Source of the DNA: Tubiluchus corallicola | Lineage: Eukaryota > Animalia > Priapulida | DNA: 64,000 bases | Direction of reading: 5' to 3' | Assembly (NCBI GenBank): GCA_030141605.1 | Contig: JAQGDQ010000247.1 | Coordinates: forward strand, 62,001 to 126,000 | Part shown: piece by piece, positions 14,055 through 29,172 of the stretch | Position numbering within the stretch: the first letter of the stretch is position 1 | Layout: each line of letters begins with the position of its first letter | Notes under the pieces: model-generated | Seen by the model: only the letters and a program-made list of their open reading frames with translations | The model's database searches: none | Told to the model about the DNA's origin: nothing | Program-made: the position numbers and the translations under genes

Positions 14055-14200
14055 ATTGACATAGTTGTTCGGAAAGCAGACGGTATTGGGTTCGAGTCTC
14101 AGTGGAGTACAAAATTTTTCTGACCTATTTATTATTAGTATCGCTTTCGTGTGTCCGCGAGATTGCTCTTATCAAATACGTTATAGTTTATACGTTATAG
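14055..14200 (+). mobile_element. tRNA-derived SINE fragment
   Basis: B-box ggttcgagtctc. Resembles 48884-48995. Confidence 0.45.
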
Positions 14201-15824
14201 TTATAGTTTAATCGGCTGAATATTAAATGAATCAACAAACTTCTACAAGTCATTTGAAATGTCGCAAAAGCATGAATGATTGATATATAGGATTTACTAA
14301 AATGAAATTTGACGTTTTATTTCTTTAGATGAGTTTATTTCTTCAGTGTCTTAACTGACAGAATGTAAAATAACCAAGCAAAGACGCCGCAATTTCTTAG
14401 TGTCTTTGAAAGTATCGGTGCAAAGACATTTAGTTCTTTAAAAAGACGTAGCTGATTGATATATAGCACAATGATTTTCATGTTTTCTCTTTTTAACATT
14501 AACATACTAAGCTTGCATAACATTATGTAAGTGCTTGTAACTGGTATAATCTCCCACAGGGAACCACACATCCGCGCCAGTAATAGAATTTGAAAGATCC
14601 TACGGGCACTAATTTTGTAAACCATCTATCGGTTGTCACGAGCACAACAGCACAGTTTCTAGGTGGTCTAGCACACTCAGTTTTGGTATTACAGGTGAGG
14701 GCGCTACATTTTTATTAGTTACAAAAGTTGGACGTGTGTGATAACTACCACATTGTCTACATTTAACCGAAGGGATAGTTTTTTTTAAGTATTGCCAACT
14801 GTATTGGTTTTATTTTCAACTGATCATTGTTTAAAACTACGGGAACGCAAAACAGAACGTTTTTCTTGGGATTTAATCAAAATGATTCTATGCAAAAAAT
14901 CTAAAAAAACAAATTTAGAACCAGCGAAGGGATTGAACTTAGGCCTTGTTACCGGTGGCGTTACCTATGTACAGGCAGTTAATTTAGTGATGAACATTGT
15001 AAAGTTACTAATGTAGTTGTACTTTTGTATCGCTTTGTTGGGTTGAAATGTTAGCTCGGCTGGTGGACTTCTAGCATTAAAAGCTCAAGCTTACCCTTTC
15101 CACATTTTCTTTCTTTCAAATGAGTTTGTTTTCAAAAGTTTAATTGAGTTTCTCTTCCGTCATTATAATAATTACAGTTCACGGAGATAGTGATTACAGT
15201 AAGACGTTTTGTTGCATAATGCTGGCTTAGTTTTCACAATAATTGTAATGTAATCCTTTCGCTAATAGGACACGAAATTGCAATAAACGCCATAATATAT
15301 TTTCACTTAATAGCGCCACTCGGTGGACGTATGTGTAATCTAAGGGGTCATTTAATTTTCGGCTCAAAGGGAGATTACCTAGTGAAGTTAAGATAATTTG
15401 TCGCAGTAGGTCAGCGTAAACGTTTCCTCTTAATTAACGCCAGTGAAGAGGCGATTTTGAGAAAAAAGGAGCCACTTGTTTTCAAGTAATTATAGAGTTT
15501 GAACTAATTACGGGTTATAAGGTGGCAGTGTGAAAGCAGCATTAGCCTAGGAATGTGGAACTAGTGATCGAGTTTTTGGAGCTGTGCTTTCTGTTTACAT
15601 TGATGACGTAAAAACAGGTTAAAATTTTTGAATAATTTATTAAGTGACCGGACGCCACTCTATTGACATGTTTCAAAGTAATTTCTATTGGAGGTTTTAG
15701 CACTAAGAAAGAAACTTGTAGCGAAGTGGGATCATAGGTAGGCCTATTTAGGGTGAAGTTTGTAATGAAATGCGGGCATGGCTAATCAGGATACAAAACC
15801 TAGACAAAAATGAACGGTTAGGAG

Positions 15825-16295
<471 letters not shown>

Positions 16296-18883
16296 TTTTT
16301 TAGCTTCCAAATAGTGGCACGAGTTCGTCGTCTTCTACAAACTTATTAAAACACGATTTAATTCTATTGATCATTCTATTGGCAGACATGGGGTTACTTT
16401 CTCTCAGACATGGGTCTCTAGGATCTTAAACTCAACGCTACATAAAGCTTTAAAATTAACAAAAATCCCAAAGTATTAAATTTTTAATCTTAATCTTAAT
16501 TTTAACTCGAGGCGAGATAGCAGATAAGTGAAGTTGGTATGCGGAGCAATTCATCATTATTATAGCACGTTATATTTCATTAAAACGATTTTAATAAGCG
16601 TGACTGATCATCAAATGGCAGGATTTTTCTGGTGATTATGACCTTGTAAACCTGCTGGCGTCCCCATGCTAAAAGCCTTGTGAACTGTTAGGGTCTTGTT
16701 GCTATAATTATTTCAGTTGAACTGGTTTTGTCGAATTTCTAAGCGCAGAAGGATGATTCTTTCAGAAGGATAATTTTACACGTTCTTTCTCGCTGGACGT
16801 TTACGCTTAGTAAGCGTTTGGAATTTCAAAATTGTCCGGTCGGTTATGACGTGACTTATGAACTGGGCCATTCATGGTCCGTCCTTGATTTTACACCTCT
16901 TAATACATGTAGTTCCTGAAAACTGAAAAATGCGAACTGTACACTGAGCAAAGTGTGAAATGGCATGATATATGGTACAGGAAAAAGGCCCAGGAAAAAG
17001 ACACAAATGGGAAAATAGGAAACAATGGCAAATGTAATAACAAATGAGTTAGTGTTTTGGATAATTATTTTTGTTATTGAAATTATTCGTATCGAAATAA
17101 CGATATTTTTCTTGTGCCATTATCACCAGTGCCGTTACTATACTTTTAACAACATTCGTTTAATAACTTGCCCTGTTATGTTACTGTAGTTATCCAGCCG
17201 CTGGGTTGGCCTTTTTATCTCCATATTGGAGTTTTCTAAGTCATTATTATCTCGGCATTTTTAACTACTGGCAAGCTTATATACTGCCTGCCAAGTACAC
17301 TATTAGTGGTGTATTAGACATAGTCCTCTTGTAGCCATTTTGAGTTGTTTAAACAACTTTCTGTCAACATACTTTAATACAAAGAAGCAAAAAGGACCTT
17401 CGACAAAAAAATACCATAATATAATTGGTATTTAGCCAGAATGTCAAACTTATTTAGCAATATATTTTCCTAGTATTTTATGTTATTCGGAATCATCGGT
17501 AAATATTACTGAAAAGTTATACTATCACGGAAGTTTATGTTTGTTTTAATCATAACTGTTTTGTAAAACAAATTATAATATCGAACAAAGCATGGCGGCG
17601 AACCAGTCTCAATCAAGCGAAAGTTAGCCGACAAGCAGGGCTAACTTTTCAATTACTTTTACGATATTTATTACTTTCTCTGCCAACTATAATCTTGGAT
17701 GATGTTTTATGGTTTATAATTTTATTACAATCACAGAACTGGAACAGCAATTTTGGGTAAAAACTATAATGATCATCGTTTAAAGTTAATTTAACCGAAT
17801 TAACTGTAATCAAGGCGCAATCTCGCAATCTGCGCATGCAATGAATGCAATCATGGCGACCAGTAGGTGTCGCCCGTGGGCTTGTAAAATTGCCTAGTTT
17901 TACAATCTAGCTCCAGTTGTACTAACCAATACCTGGTCATGAGGGTTTGACGCCAAGTCTAAAGCCACTGAATTTTTGGGCTTAGCAGACATCTTTATTT
18001 TCAGGGACTACAAAAACAAATCAAACATAACATTTTTCACCAAAACACTGTTATACGAAAGTTACACCGTTTATGCATTGAGTAACGGTTATAAACATTT
18101 CGAAAAAGTTACCAGTATTTTGCTACACTTTAGCAAAAAGTTAAGTCCTCACACAGAATTGATTTAAAATTTTACACTGCGATAGCAAGCCATAAGTTAA
18201 TGTATGCAGACCTGAGGTAGTCGCTAGATCATGACCAACTTTACTGACACATTAAATTTCAGGCTTAATGTCACCAGAATATGAACTGAAGAACAGTTAG
18301 ATCTTAAACAAATGTCACTCGAAAAGCTTTTTTGTATCTAATTCTCAAGATGCAAGGTTACTAATTCTCTGTTCGTTCAATAGGAAATCACTATTGGCCC
18401 ATTGTGTTTTGGGAAGGCTATATAGCACACGCTTGCACAGGTTCTGTGTCATCAGATTTCAGGAACTGAAGGGAAATATAACTGTAACTATAAGATTTAG
18501 GCTACTTGCACTTTCTACTTTTCGAAATTTATTATTAAAATTTCGAGTTTGATCTTTCTTCTGACTGGTGTATTCACACCTTATTGTGATTTTAAAGTCT
18601 TTTCTGAGTCATGGATATAGACATAAAGTTTGTTAAAGCTTCTTTTGCTAATGCCCCAAGGTTATGATAAAGTAATAAAGTTAGCAGCTACAGCACGAAA
18701 ATATACAACGTTATTTCCTTTTGTATTTCTAATGTAGGGTAACACTTTTGTAGGCAAAAAAATGTAACCTAATTTATAACCTCGTAAAGAAGACGCCAGT
18801 GAGGTAGAGCTTGATTTAACTAGAATTTATGAGTCTACGTGTTTTAGAGTTATCTCGGTGTGAATTATAGTCGTAAAGCCTAC

Positions 18884-19380
18884 ATTTAATGAAGTAACTT
18901 GTGTTTATGAGAAAAATTGAGCTGTTGGAGTTACCAAACAGCATGTCTAAGGCCCAGGATATTAATTTTATGAAGTAACTTGTGTTCATGAGAAAAGCCT
19001 TAGTGGTTGGAGTTACCAAACAGTATATCTCAGGCCAAGGATCTAGATATGATTAAGTAAATTGAGTGTGTGAAAAAATATGAGTGGTTGGAGTTACCAA
19101 ACAGTATGTCTAAGGCCTAGGATATAGACTGATGAAGAAAAATGATGAAGACTGATGATGAAGAACTTAAAGTTGCGAGAAAAGTCTGAGTACCTGGAGT
19201 TATAAAAAGTATCTTTAAGGACCAGGATCTTAATTTTATGAAGTAACTTGTGTTTATGAGAAAAGCCTTGGTGGTTGAAGTTAACAAGCAGTAGACCCGG
19301 TGCCCACGTCCTAGGATCTAGATTTGGTAAAGTAACTTAAATCTGTGAACAAGGTGTGAGTGGTTATGGCACTGAATAAA
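18884..19380. repeat. Degenerate ~81-bp tandem repeat, about 6 units
   Basis: ttggagttaccaaacag recurs at 18925, 19007 and 19088, with degenerate copies near 19195 and 19275. Confidence 0.8.
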
Positions 19381-21674
19381 GTTATCAGACAGCCTAGAAC
19401 CTAGACACTGATTCGAAGCTCTTCCTGCCACTGAAAGCTTTTAAAATCTCGTTAGGGGCCACTTAAAATTTCAAGATCAGATCTTTCTATTGTAACAACC
19501 AGCAACTAGATCGGTATCTTCCGCTGAAGTCACGGTTAGATCCTCTGCGCTGGCAAACTAGGCTAAATTTCAGTGATTAGTAGTTTCAACCACGCTCATC
19601 CTATTAACGTTTGCTACAGTATGAATCGCAACCAGTGGTTTTGTACAAGATAATACGTCATTGTTATTGCAAAATTTCGGTTATTTTGCTTTTAGCAACA
19701 TACTGACCCATAACGATGACCCCGATATGTACAAACTATTAACCACCACCACTACTGACCTTGTTCTTATGTCTGCTTCCATTCATCAAGCACGTGCTGC
19801 CTTAACAATGGAGGCGGGTCAACGGCTAGCGCCACCTGTTGCGAGGTTTTCAAAACGTTTAACGCATTTCTGTGATTAAATTGCCTTTTAGTAAATATGA
19901 AGGGTTACCCTCCTTAAAGCGCCTATAGGTACTACTGTAAATCAGTAGTGCAATGTAAGTAATAATTCGACAAGATGTTAAAATTTAAGTCTGCTTAAAA
20001 AGTTTATCTAAAATTATTATATCACATACAATCGTAAAGATACATAATTATGTTCGTGACACTTTGAATTTTTATGTACTGCTGATTTGCTGTTTTTTCT
20101 ATTGCTTAATGACGCTAAGTCTCCATGAAGACCCATTTGCATAGCATAAACGACAAACATTGTTTTGTACTGCACTTATTTTTCAGACTAATATAGATAA
20201 ACTGCTATAAAGAAAATTTAGAGTATCACTCGTAATCTTAGAAAAACAGAACATCTTAGTTTGACATGTTTCGAAACTAATAACATTTTAATTGTTAACT
20301 ATTTAATACAAATGAATAGAGCTATGTTGTATAATTTATAATATAAAACTGTATATGTACATGTATAAAACTAAATATAATCCTTTTCCAACATTTTTTA
20401 ATAATCCAGTTCAACCTAATAATAGACGTTCTGCAACCGGAATAAGTGAGTTTGTCATTAATTTCTGAATAACAGACGTTGCAATTCATTGCAAATGTTG
20501 GTCCAAGGCTTTGAAATGGCGTAAATTATGTAAAAACGATTCAGCCAATAAAATAATTTCAAAAGAAAGATAAAGTAATAATTTTCATTAAATGCAATTT
20601 TCCTTAATATCCTACACTGATTACAGTAGCCACATCACAATCACGTGACAAATTATGCAGAAAAGACATCTAGAGCGGATGTAAACACCACACAACCTGC
20701 TGTCTTCCTTCCCTCTACTTCCACTAATTCATCTTTCTTCCTTTCCAATGTAATCTAACTTTCCTCCCTGTTCTTTTCGTGGTTCACATGACAGTGGGCT
20801 TATACAATCCTTTCTTCTCCAACCCACTGCAGCACAATTCTTTTATGGTAACGATAGTGTATGAGACACAATATTACAGTATTATGTAGGTATATTGATA
20901 TACCTTCAGATAAAATTATGTAATTTTATTTGCGTACTAGGCTCGCTTGCTCGTTTTCCATTAACGTTTTGGTTCTATGAGTTCCTTTTGTTCAAACTTT
21001 TTCAGTGGCAGCACTGAATGTGGTAATAATAAAACTTCAAGCTTCAAACTTCAAAATGAATAAGTCTATCACCAGGGGGTTATATAAAGTTAGGGGAGCA
21101 AGCACGAAAGAGGCACCGTGACACATACCAAACATGTTTTAATGTGTTAATTATACATTTTAATTTTATGTTTAAAATCAAAACAAGAAGAAGATACAGT
21201 TTTAAAGAAATACATAATTGTTTCTTTGTGTTTAAAATTAAAGGCAATAAAAAGTTATACAGAGTAAGCTCATATATCTCGAAACGTAATAAAAACATGT
21301 GTTATCTAATTATTATAGATTTGAACGTAAAACGAAAACAAAATGAAACATTGTGAAAAAATGTATCACGAAGGAACTACAACGATTCTTTCTTTCGAAT
21401 CGCAACGTCCCTCAATTTTGAAACATGTGCTCAGGGGGTGAGGGGGAGCGGTCGCTCCTCTTCCTTTCCTATTAGGCTACTCCCACACCCGACGAGTAAA
21501 AAACTACAAGTACTTTGTTACCTAGTAACTTGTGAGTTCAAATTATTTTTTCTATCTTGCTTTTAATATGAAACGATTTATATATATTTAGATGACCGCT
21601 TTCACAATTTAAATTTTATCTTTGATTTTAATTTTTTCAGATTGTCGGTTTCGGGATAACCGGATCCGGAAACC

Positions 21675-21730
21675 ATGCCGGCATCCACAACCAGTTTACC
21701 TGTCAGACCCAGCCGGGTCAGTAAGAAAAG
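21675..21730 (+). CDS. exp: Expansion/Rebuf-like gene, first coding exon 1a (MPASTTSLPVRPSRVSKK-R)
   Basis: Acceptor ttttttcag ends at 21640. In-frame TAA lies upstream of accATG at 21675. Donor AG|gtatgt is phase 2 and joins exon 38896 in frame. Confidence 0.7.
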
Positions 21731-23133
21731 GTATGTAAACAATGTTAATTAATTGCTAATGTTACGGCCTGGGGTCTAATATGTGGATTTTATTGTGGAA
21801 TCCCATGGATACAGTACCTAGTAATAATGCGTCTATTTTTGTTACAGCATTTGGTTTTTTGCTTTTTTTTGATATCATTCAATTTACCGATGATTTATCA
21901 GATAAATCAGATGTTTTAGAACTTTTTTATGTTTAAACTTATTATGCTCAGATTTGATATAGTCACTTAAAGAGGTCCGAATTAAAAAGCCATAAAATTT
22001 GACGAACTGCTTAACAACATTGGTGCGAAAATAGGTGACTATTATATTGGTTACAACGTGTTTTATGAAATTTCACACATTAACTTGTCAGAGCTTGTGA
22101 CATACTAACATAACCAAACGCGAAGAATTTATGATTTCTTGTTATTAATAGGTATGCAGGACGCCAACGAAATGATGAAGTACCCTGAATTACCACATTA
22201 ACCCTTTACTCTATAAATATGACCTTCCAATATCCATAACAATTAAATGGTGTTTAAAAGTCACAATGCGTTTAAAAGAGATGTCGGTTCTACTAACTCA
22301 TGTTTCAATCCATAAAGTTTATTTGTGGACTTTGCTTGTATTTAATGGCTTATAGAATTACTTTATATGGTTGACGAGAGTTCATGAAACTTGCTGTATT
22401 TCATGGGCCGCAATTTAAACTTTGATTTTCACCGAAAGATGGCGCCAGTGACTGGTATTAATGGCTAATAAGGCGCAATATTTTAAACGTGTTACTCGCG
22501 TAGTATCTGAACTTACTGTTGCGCGTGAAAAAGTGGTTACTAAGTGTAGTCATGAACAGTTTGCATTTCTATTGATTTTCTGATAGATTTTATTTGTAAT
22601 TATATTTTATTTACTTTATTTATCTTTGTTTTAATCTATTGGCTTCAAAAGTTTGTCCATCCGTTACTTAATTCTTTACCAATAACTTTTTAGTCGAAGT
22701 TTGTTGTTCGTTAAGTTCTGATTACACAATAATTGGCTCGTTTGTTTGCTTGTTTGTTCATTCGTTATTTCGTTCCTTTATTAATTTCTTCATTCATTTT
22801 TTTGCCTCTGTGCCTGGATGAGCATCGTGCGTAGATTTGTACCACTGTCCGCTTGTACGTCTGTGCAACTGCCTCACGATGTTTTTAAGGGTAGTCAAAT
22901 TATTATTATTATAATATTATTATTATTATTAGTAGTAGTAGTAGCAGTAATGTTTATTCTTCAAATCTGCGTGTAACAGTCAGTATAAAAACATATAAAG
23001 TAGGTTTATCGACTTTGGTAGGATAGGTGTTGGTACATAAGCTAAGTTAGGCTTACCGTTTTTTGTCATTTGCTGCAAAATGCAAATTTTTCCCTGCAGC
23101 TGATTTAACTGACAATGTGAAGTGATGGTCATT

Positions 23134-23143
23134 GCGCATGCGC
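23134..23143. promoter_or_regulatory. NRF1/EWG-type palindrome GCGCATGCGC in a CpG-rich patch, possible internal promoter
   Basis: Exact consensus about 215 nt upstream of candidate exon 1b. Confidence 0.35.
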
Positions 23144-23358
23144 GTCCCTGCTTAAAGATTGCCATGCTTCCACAGATTTCAGGGCGCCCGTCCTCGGGTT
23201 ACGATTTCTCCCGCATGCGTGACTGATCGTTTTCGAATCGGTGGGCTAATTTTCCGCAACTTTATACTCTTACCTCGCGAATTTCCTGTGACCGTATCTA
23301 ACGGATTGGAGCATAATAGCTTAAATCTGGTTCTTCCAAGGCCAGTGCAGGATGGAAA

Positions 23359-23387
23359 ATGTCTGACATTCGTGCTCGAAAACACTT
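23359..23387 (+). CDS. exp: Candidate alternative first coding exon 1b (MSDIRARKH-L)
   Basis: aaaATG followed by 9 codons plus TT|gtaagc, phase 2. It lies in a locally GC/CpG-rich patch downstream of GCGCATGCGC (23134-23143). Confidence 0.4.
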
Positions 23388-23839
23388 GTAAGCAACTGCA
23401 ATTTACACCGCGTGCGCCCGAGGGCGTACCGTTGCCACACCCGACCATTAGCTGTTAAACAACCCTGTAGGTCTGTAATCCACGGTTATACAGTCCAGCT
23501 ACACAATACTGTGCTGTTTGCTCGTTTTATCAGTCCATGGCTTAAATAAACAGTTGAGTAAACAAGTTAAAAAATCGGGGAGATTTGTCTGGAAGAGGCA
23601 CTCGTGGTTTTGTTGTCATATCTGGATGAGCTTCCTGCGATTATTAGAAGCACAATGGCTTAGTTATCAGAGCCGTGTGTCATTGTAAATGTAAATTATG
23701 TAATAGATATAATCGTGTGGACTGAGTGATTTAGCAATGCGCCAATGTCCGCTGAATGTATTACTAGTGCGCAGTCCAAATAAATACTATGCTTGTGTTT
23801 ATAAGCTTAAACCCATTTATGAGCTTAATACTACAGAAG

Positions 23840-24440
23840 TACCTTACCTTACCTTACCTTACCTTACCTTACCTTACCTTACCTTACCTTACGTTACCTT
23901 ACCTTACCTTACCTCACCTCACCTCACCTCACCTCACCTCACCTCACCTCACCTCACCTCACCTCATCTCATCTCATCTTATCTTGTTTCACCATACCTT
24001 ACGTTACGTTACTTTACCTTACCTCACCTCACCTCACCTCACCTCACCTCATCTCATCTCATCTCATCTCATCTTATCTTGTTTCACCATACCTTACGTT
24101 ACGTTACGTTACGTTACGTTATCTTACCTCATCTTACCTTACTTTACCTCATCTTACCTTACTTTGCCTCATCTTACCTTACTTTACATCATCTTATCTT
24201 ATCTTGTCCTGTTTTACCTTACCTTACCTCATCTTACCTTATCTTACCGTACCCTGCCTTACTCAACTTGCCTTATCGTGTCTTGTTAGTTTTACCTTAT
24301 CTTTCCTTATCATACCTTAGCTTATCTTACCTTACCTTACTTCACCTTACCTTACCTTACCATACCTTACCTCACCTTACCTTACCTTATTGTGATCTCG
24401 TCTCGTCTCGTCTCGTCCCATCTCATTTCGTCTTGTTTTG
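23840..24440. repeat. Pentanucleotide (ACCTT)/(ACCTC)/(ATCTC) repeat
   Basis: Directly visible. Confidence 0.95.
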
Positions 24441-25989
24441 TTTCTGTCGGTTTTTTACACACTAATATAATCTATTAAAATTTGAAACATAATTATTATG
24501 AATGACAAACGAAATGTTGTGTTTGCTGACTTACAGCTATGCAATAAAATACAGTAAAATATTCGGTAAATAACAAGGCTTAGTCCCTTAGTTGCTGATG
24601 AAATGCGTAGTAATAGTTTTTGCCCAAATATTCATTGATAAAGTTCGAAGCAACAGCATAACGATGTAGTTCACTGAGTGTTTATTTTCTATGTTTGTTT
24701 TTGGTCAATGTTCAAGTGTCATTACAACGACAAGAGGCACTTGTTGAAATTTAAATTGAGCAAAGTAGTGGCCAATGGTTTTTAGAGTGTCATTTAAAAT
24801 AAGAAAATATTGAAAGGTAAAGGTTTGAACAGTAAATAACTGGGCTACCAGAACGGAGAATTGCGAGAATGGGCCAGATACTTGTGTTAGAGATTGTAGA
24901 TTTTTCTAAAGTTTCTTCCGTTGCAACCTCGTTTATTTTGATAAGCTAAATTCTAATCTGCTGCTATGTAGTTTCAGCTTGTGCCTTCGCATCATTAATG
25001 TATTATTTATTCTTCTTTTTGGCTTGATTTATAGTTTGATAGTGGCTTCAATAGCCGAAAAGATCGCCGCTCAATAAACATGTTGATTCCTAGAAACTGG
25101 CTCTTTTATGTATTTATGAATTAATTTGATGCAAGAGCAAACAAAGTCGAAATTTATGATGATGTTTAAAGACTAACGTAGCCGTTACAAACGCTTCTTA
25201 ATCTCAAAGAATGTCTAACATTAGATTATAGAGCCTGCGTCAAAGCTTCATGAAAAAATTGGACCAAATCCTAACATAGTTAGGTCGTTGTTTCAATCTT
25301 TACAATGAGTCCTTGTGCAAAAACTAAGTAAAAGTACACAATCACGTAGCAGTTATAATTTACTAAATTTTGTCAAATATTCGAGTGAATTTCTTTTGTT
25401 ACGAGACTATTGTAAAAATCGGCATTTCTTTTGTAGTTTACGCATAAATGTAAGAGCTTCCACAAAGTGGAGTTTCATGAAGAATTTTATGCCTTAAGTT
25501 GTGGCACATAGGTGAAAAGTTTAACCAAAGCTTGGTCTACCACCCAAGCACAGCTGTAACTGCTGACTGCTCAAATATTGCACGAAGTTTTTGACTTTCA
25601 TTAATCATTTTGGGTTTTTCGCTCACTTTGGGATGATCCACCGGTGGCGGGTTATTACCGGAAGTTACAGGAAAAAGTCACGGAAATATGTCACAATTAT
25701 GGCTATGAAAAAAGTCACAATTAATTTTAGCTAAGATTGGGGCTAGGGATTAGGGATTACGGCTAAGGTTTGGGTTATTCCTATGACATTTTTTCCTGTG
25801 CCTTTTTGGGAAGCCGTACGCCCGATCCCTCCTAAGGCAAAGATGGTAGAACGATTTGTTGTAAGTTTAGCGTGCAATGGCATCCACACATTGACGAATT
25901 ATTGAAGGAACGCAGACTCTCCTAAATCTATATTTTGATTTTATTTTACAACTTGTCAATTGCGTTTTACTAAAATCTGCTAGTAAGAG

Positions 25990-26152
25990 CCTATGTTAGG
26001 AAATGAGGCCAACAGGCTTGACCCGGGTGTCCTACAGGCTGCAATCCACGGCCCCACAAGCTTTGGTAACATTTGGCAAAATATCTGTTTTTTTACCAAG
26101 GTTGTGTTTAGGGCCCATAATTTCATTGGCCCAGGGTCATAATCCGGTCCTG
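25990..26152 (-). mobile_element. hAT-like MITE fragment (family of 52979 and 59575)
   Basis: gggcccataatttcattggcccagggtcataatccggtcctg is the reverse complement of the left end of the 52979 element. Confidence 0.6.
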
Positions 26153-28559
26153 TCAACAGCTCATTATGACTTTTTGCCTAATTAGATTGATGGCTCTTCG
26201 CGATGCCACTAAACTTGTTTAACTCTTATTATAGACCTACGCTCTGTAATTTCATCACTAAACTCATCAACAGTTTATTATTTCGAGTGACACCTAGCGT
26301 GACCTTGTTTAAAGTTTTCACCAACGTAGTGCAAATTATGATCTAAAATTCTTCATGAAATTCCACGAACACGAAAGTCTTACTCTCATAATAAAAAATG
26401 AAATCGACTGTCTTACTTTTCATGAGGACACACAGTAGGTTACGCGATTTCGAGCACGAGTAGTATCGTAAAGCAAATCTTCTCACTTAATTAAAAAGTT
26501 TCCAAGAAATAACCTAATTTGTATTTAAATCAGTAGTTTTGTGGTTGTTTGATTAATTGATAGGCCATAATTAAAGATTCTCTTGGTTCTATTAAAATGC
26601 ACGTAGCAGAAAAAGCCTTACGTGATCAATAATTTAGGGCTTATTTTAGGCCACATGACTTTGATCTTCAGTTAATGGGCCTAAATGATGGTGTTAAGAA
26701 AAATTAACGATCACTCAATTTAGAGAAAATTAAATAGCTGATAGGTTGTTTCACACTGATAAATCACAATAATAGCAATGTTTGTGCCAAAGACACAATT
26801 AATAAAATCTGCTGTTCCTTCCGAGACAGAGATACGCCTCAAAATGAAGGATATGGCACAGAACCACGCCTATTGCTCATTCACGATTAAATTAACGAGT
26901 TAAGCTTATCTAAAGGTAAGTGTTTATAGGCCCCACATTATAAACTGATGATAGATTATGCATTTGATGCAGTTATTTCAATTGAAAAGCAAAAACTAGA
27001 TTTTTACCAGTCCTCTACTTTTCACCACTTTAATCTCTTCCAGCCTTCCAGGGCAGGCATTTATTGATTGATTAACAGAGAAATTGACGAAAGAAGATTA
27101 TTACTTAATTATAAGTTTGCCTCGTCTACAAGGTTTAAATAACAGTAGCACTGAGCCGTAACGTAACAGATTTAATCAATAAACAAACAACGAACACGAC
27201 CTTATATGTTACTCTAAGTTACTTTGACTTCTAAATGCTGTATCCTGCATGATCATCAGTTTTAGCTTGACAAGCACCAATGTCACGTTGACAGCAGCAA
27301 TTTTTCTTTTCTGCATATTTCTTTCCGTGACGTCACAATGTTCCGCGTGCAGGAGGTTAACTTATTGTCTTACGGCCATCTTGTCACTTACCGTTTTAAA
27401 CGCGGATGAATTGTGATCGCAAGACGCTTCCATTTTTGAAAAATCTCATGGTCTACGTCCTAACTGAAGATCTTGGTAGATTTTGCTCAAGCTTAATTTA
27501 ATTTGAACCAGGAAGAGAGTTGTGGAAACACGTAGAACAATGATGTTGTTGATACGATAAGTCACAAACTATTATTGTAATCCATTATGCTTGTTCGTTT
27601 AGCCGTTAGCTCACTTGTATTCTCACTTTTACAACAAAATTGGCTTATCTTTAAGGAAAGAATCGAGGACCTTTTCTTAATATTTGAAGTAAGGACTAAA
27701 ACAATGTAAAGCATCTTTTAACATTAAAAATGTTTTAACAAACTAATACAAAATACTAATTGTGATATATTACTCTGCATCGGCAAACATAAGGCCCACT
27801 TAAGACCAAACTTAATTTAATACCCTCGTAGATTATTAGATTGATAAATTTTATGGTTATTACCAAATGAGTCTATTCATGAAACAACATCTGTATGCGA
27901 ACTTTATAAACAGACAACTTCAAAACAGTTTCATAAACAGGATGAAATGCCATACGAAATTTTGTCTTTTTACGGTTAATAAGTTAATAACAAATAAATC
28001 GGTCAACAGAATAGGAGGAAATTAAATTCAGCAAGCGGAAAAGCTGGGTCAACAATTTCCTTTTTATTTCATTATTCTATTCAGCGCTGTAAAGGCTAAA
28101 TACAAATACACTTATATAAGTTTAATCGTTTAAAGTATATAACTATCGTCATTATTATTATTATAAGTATATAGTCTCCTTTTATAATTTTCTGATTTTT
28201 AAAATTTCATGATATAAATACTGACTGTTATAAGTTTCTGGAATAACTCCAAAGTTTCCACTTTAGAACGAATTCTTAGCCCTGAATCTCTGTGGGCCAT
28301 GCGTATCTTTTATTGGATAGTCTGCCACTCGGACTTTTTTATATCAGAACCATAGATACGTTTTATTTATCTTTTGTTGGTTTGTCTCTCTTTGACTTTA
28401 TGTATCAGGACCATAGATACGTTTCCTGGTCAGTTTTCTTTCTCTAGCCATTTACGTGCGGCTAATAAGAGTTTTAAGCACCAAATGTAGCTGTAGATTT
28501 ACTGCTGTGTCTTACCTTAACAGGCTTTTAACTTTGAAAATGTTATTATTAGAAGAGAG

Positions 28560-29057
28560 AAGAATTCATTATGATCTAAAGTGTGCTACAATATTATTCA
28601 TAGTGAAAACGAGTTAGACAGAAATGAATTTTTTACCCAAGCTCATAGAATTTCTAGGGGTCATTGCCACAAACATTATGTAAATCGACTTGCATTTATA
28701 GCTCAACATTGGAGTTGTCAAGTACTGGAATTCCCTTCCTGAACATATAAATGGGTTCTCCACTTGTAAATGCCACCTCCACTAAATTGTTTACTCAAAG
28801 ATTAATGAAAATTGACTTTTCAAAACGTTTGCATTTCTGCAGACACGTGTAAGTAGCAATTCTAAGAAGTAGTACTCTTTGTGTCTCTCCCGTATCCATT
28901 TTAACCCGTCTTGTTTATTATTGTACAAATTGTATTGTTTTATGCATTTAAATTTTATTGTATGTGAGGAAAATTTAATAAATAATAAATAAATAAGTAA
29001 ATAAATAAATAAATGAATAAATAAACAAATTAGTAAGTAAATAAATAAATAAATAAG

Positions 29058-29133
<76 letters not shown>

Positions 29134-29172
29134 AAATAAATAAATAACTAAATAAATAAATAACTAAATAAA
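28560..29172 (+). mobile_element. 3' end of a CR1/L2-type LINE with (TAAA)n tail
   Basis: Degenerate RGH..K and VVKYWNSLPEHI motifs, then a 3'UTR and long (AAAT)n at 28975-29172. Confidence 0.65.

Noticed and set aside
26844-26921. Strong donor AAG|gtaagt as another coding first exon
   Set aside because: The upstream ATG frame hits TAA before the donor, so it could only be non-coding and has no further support.
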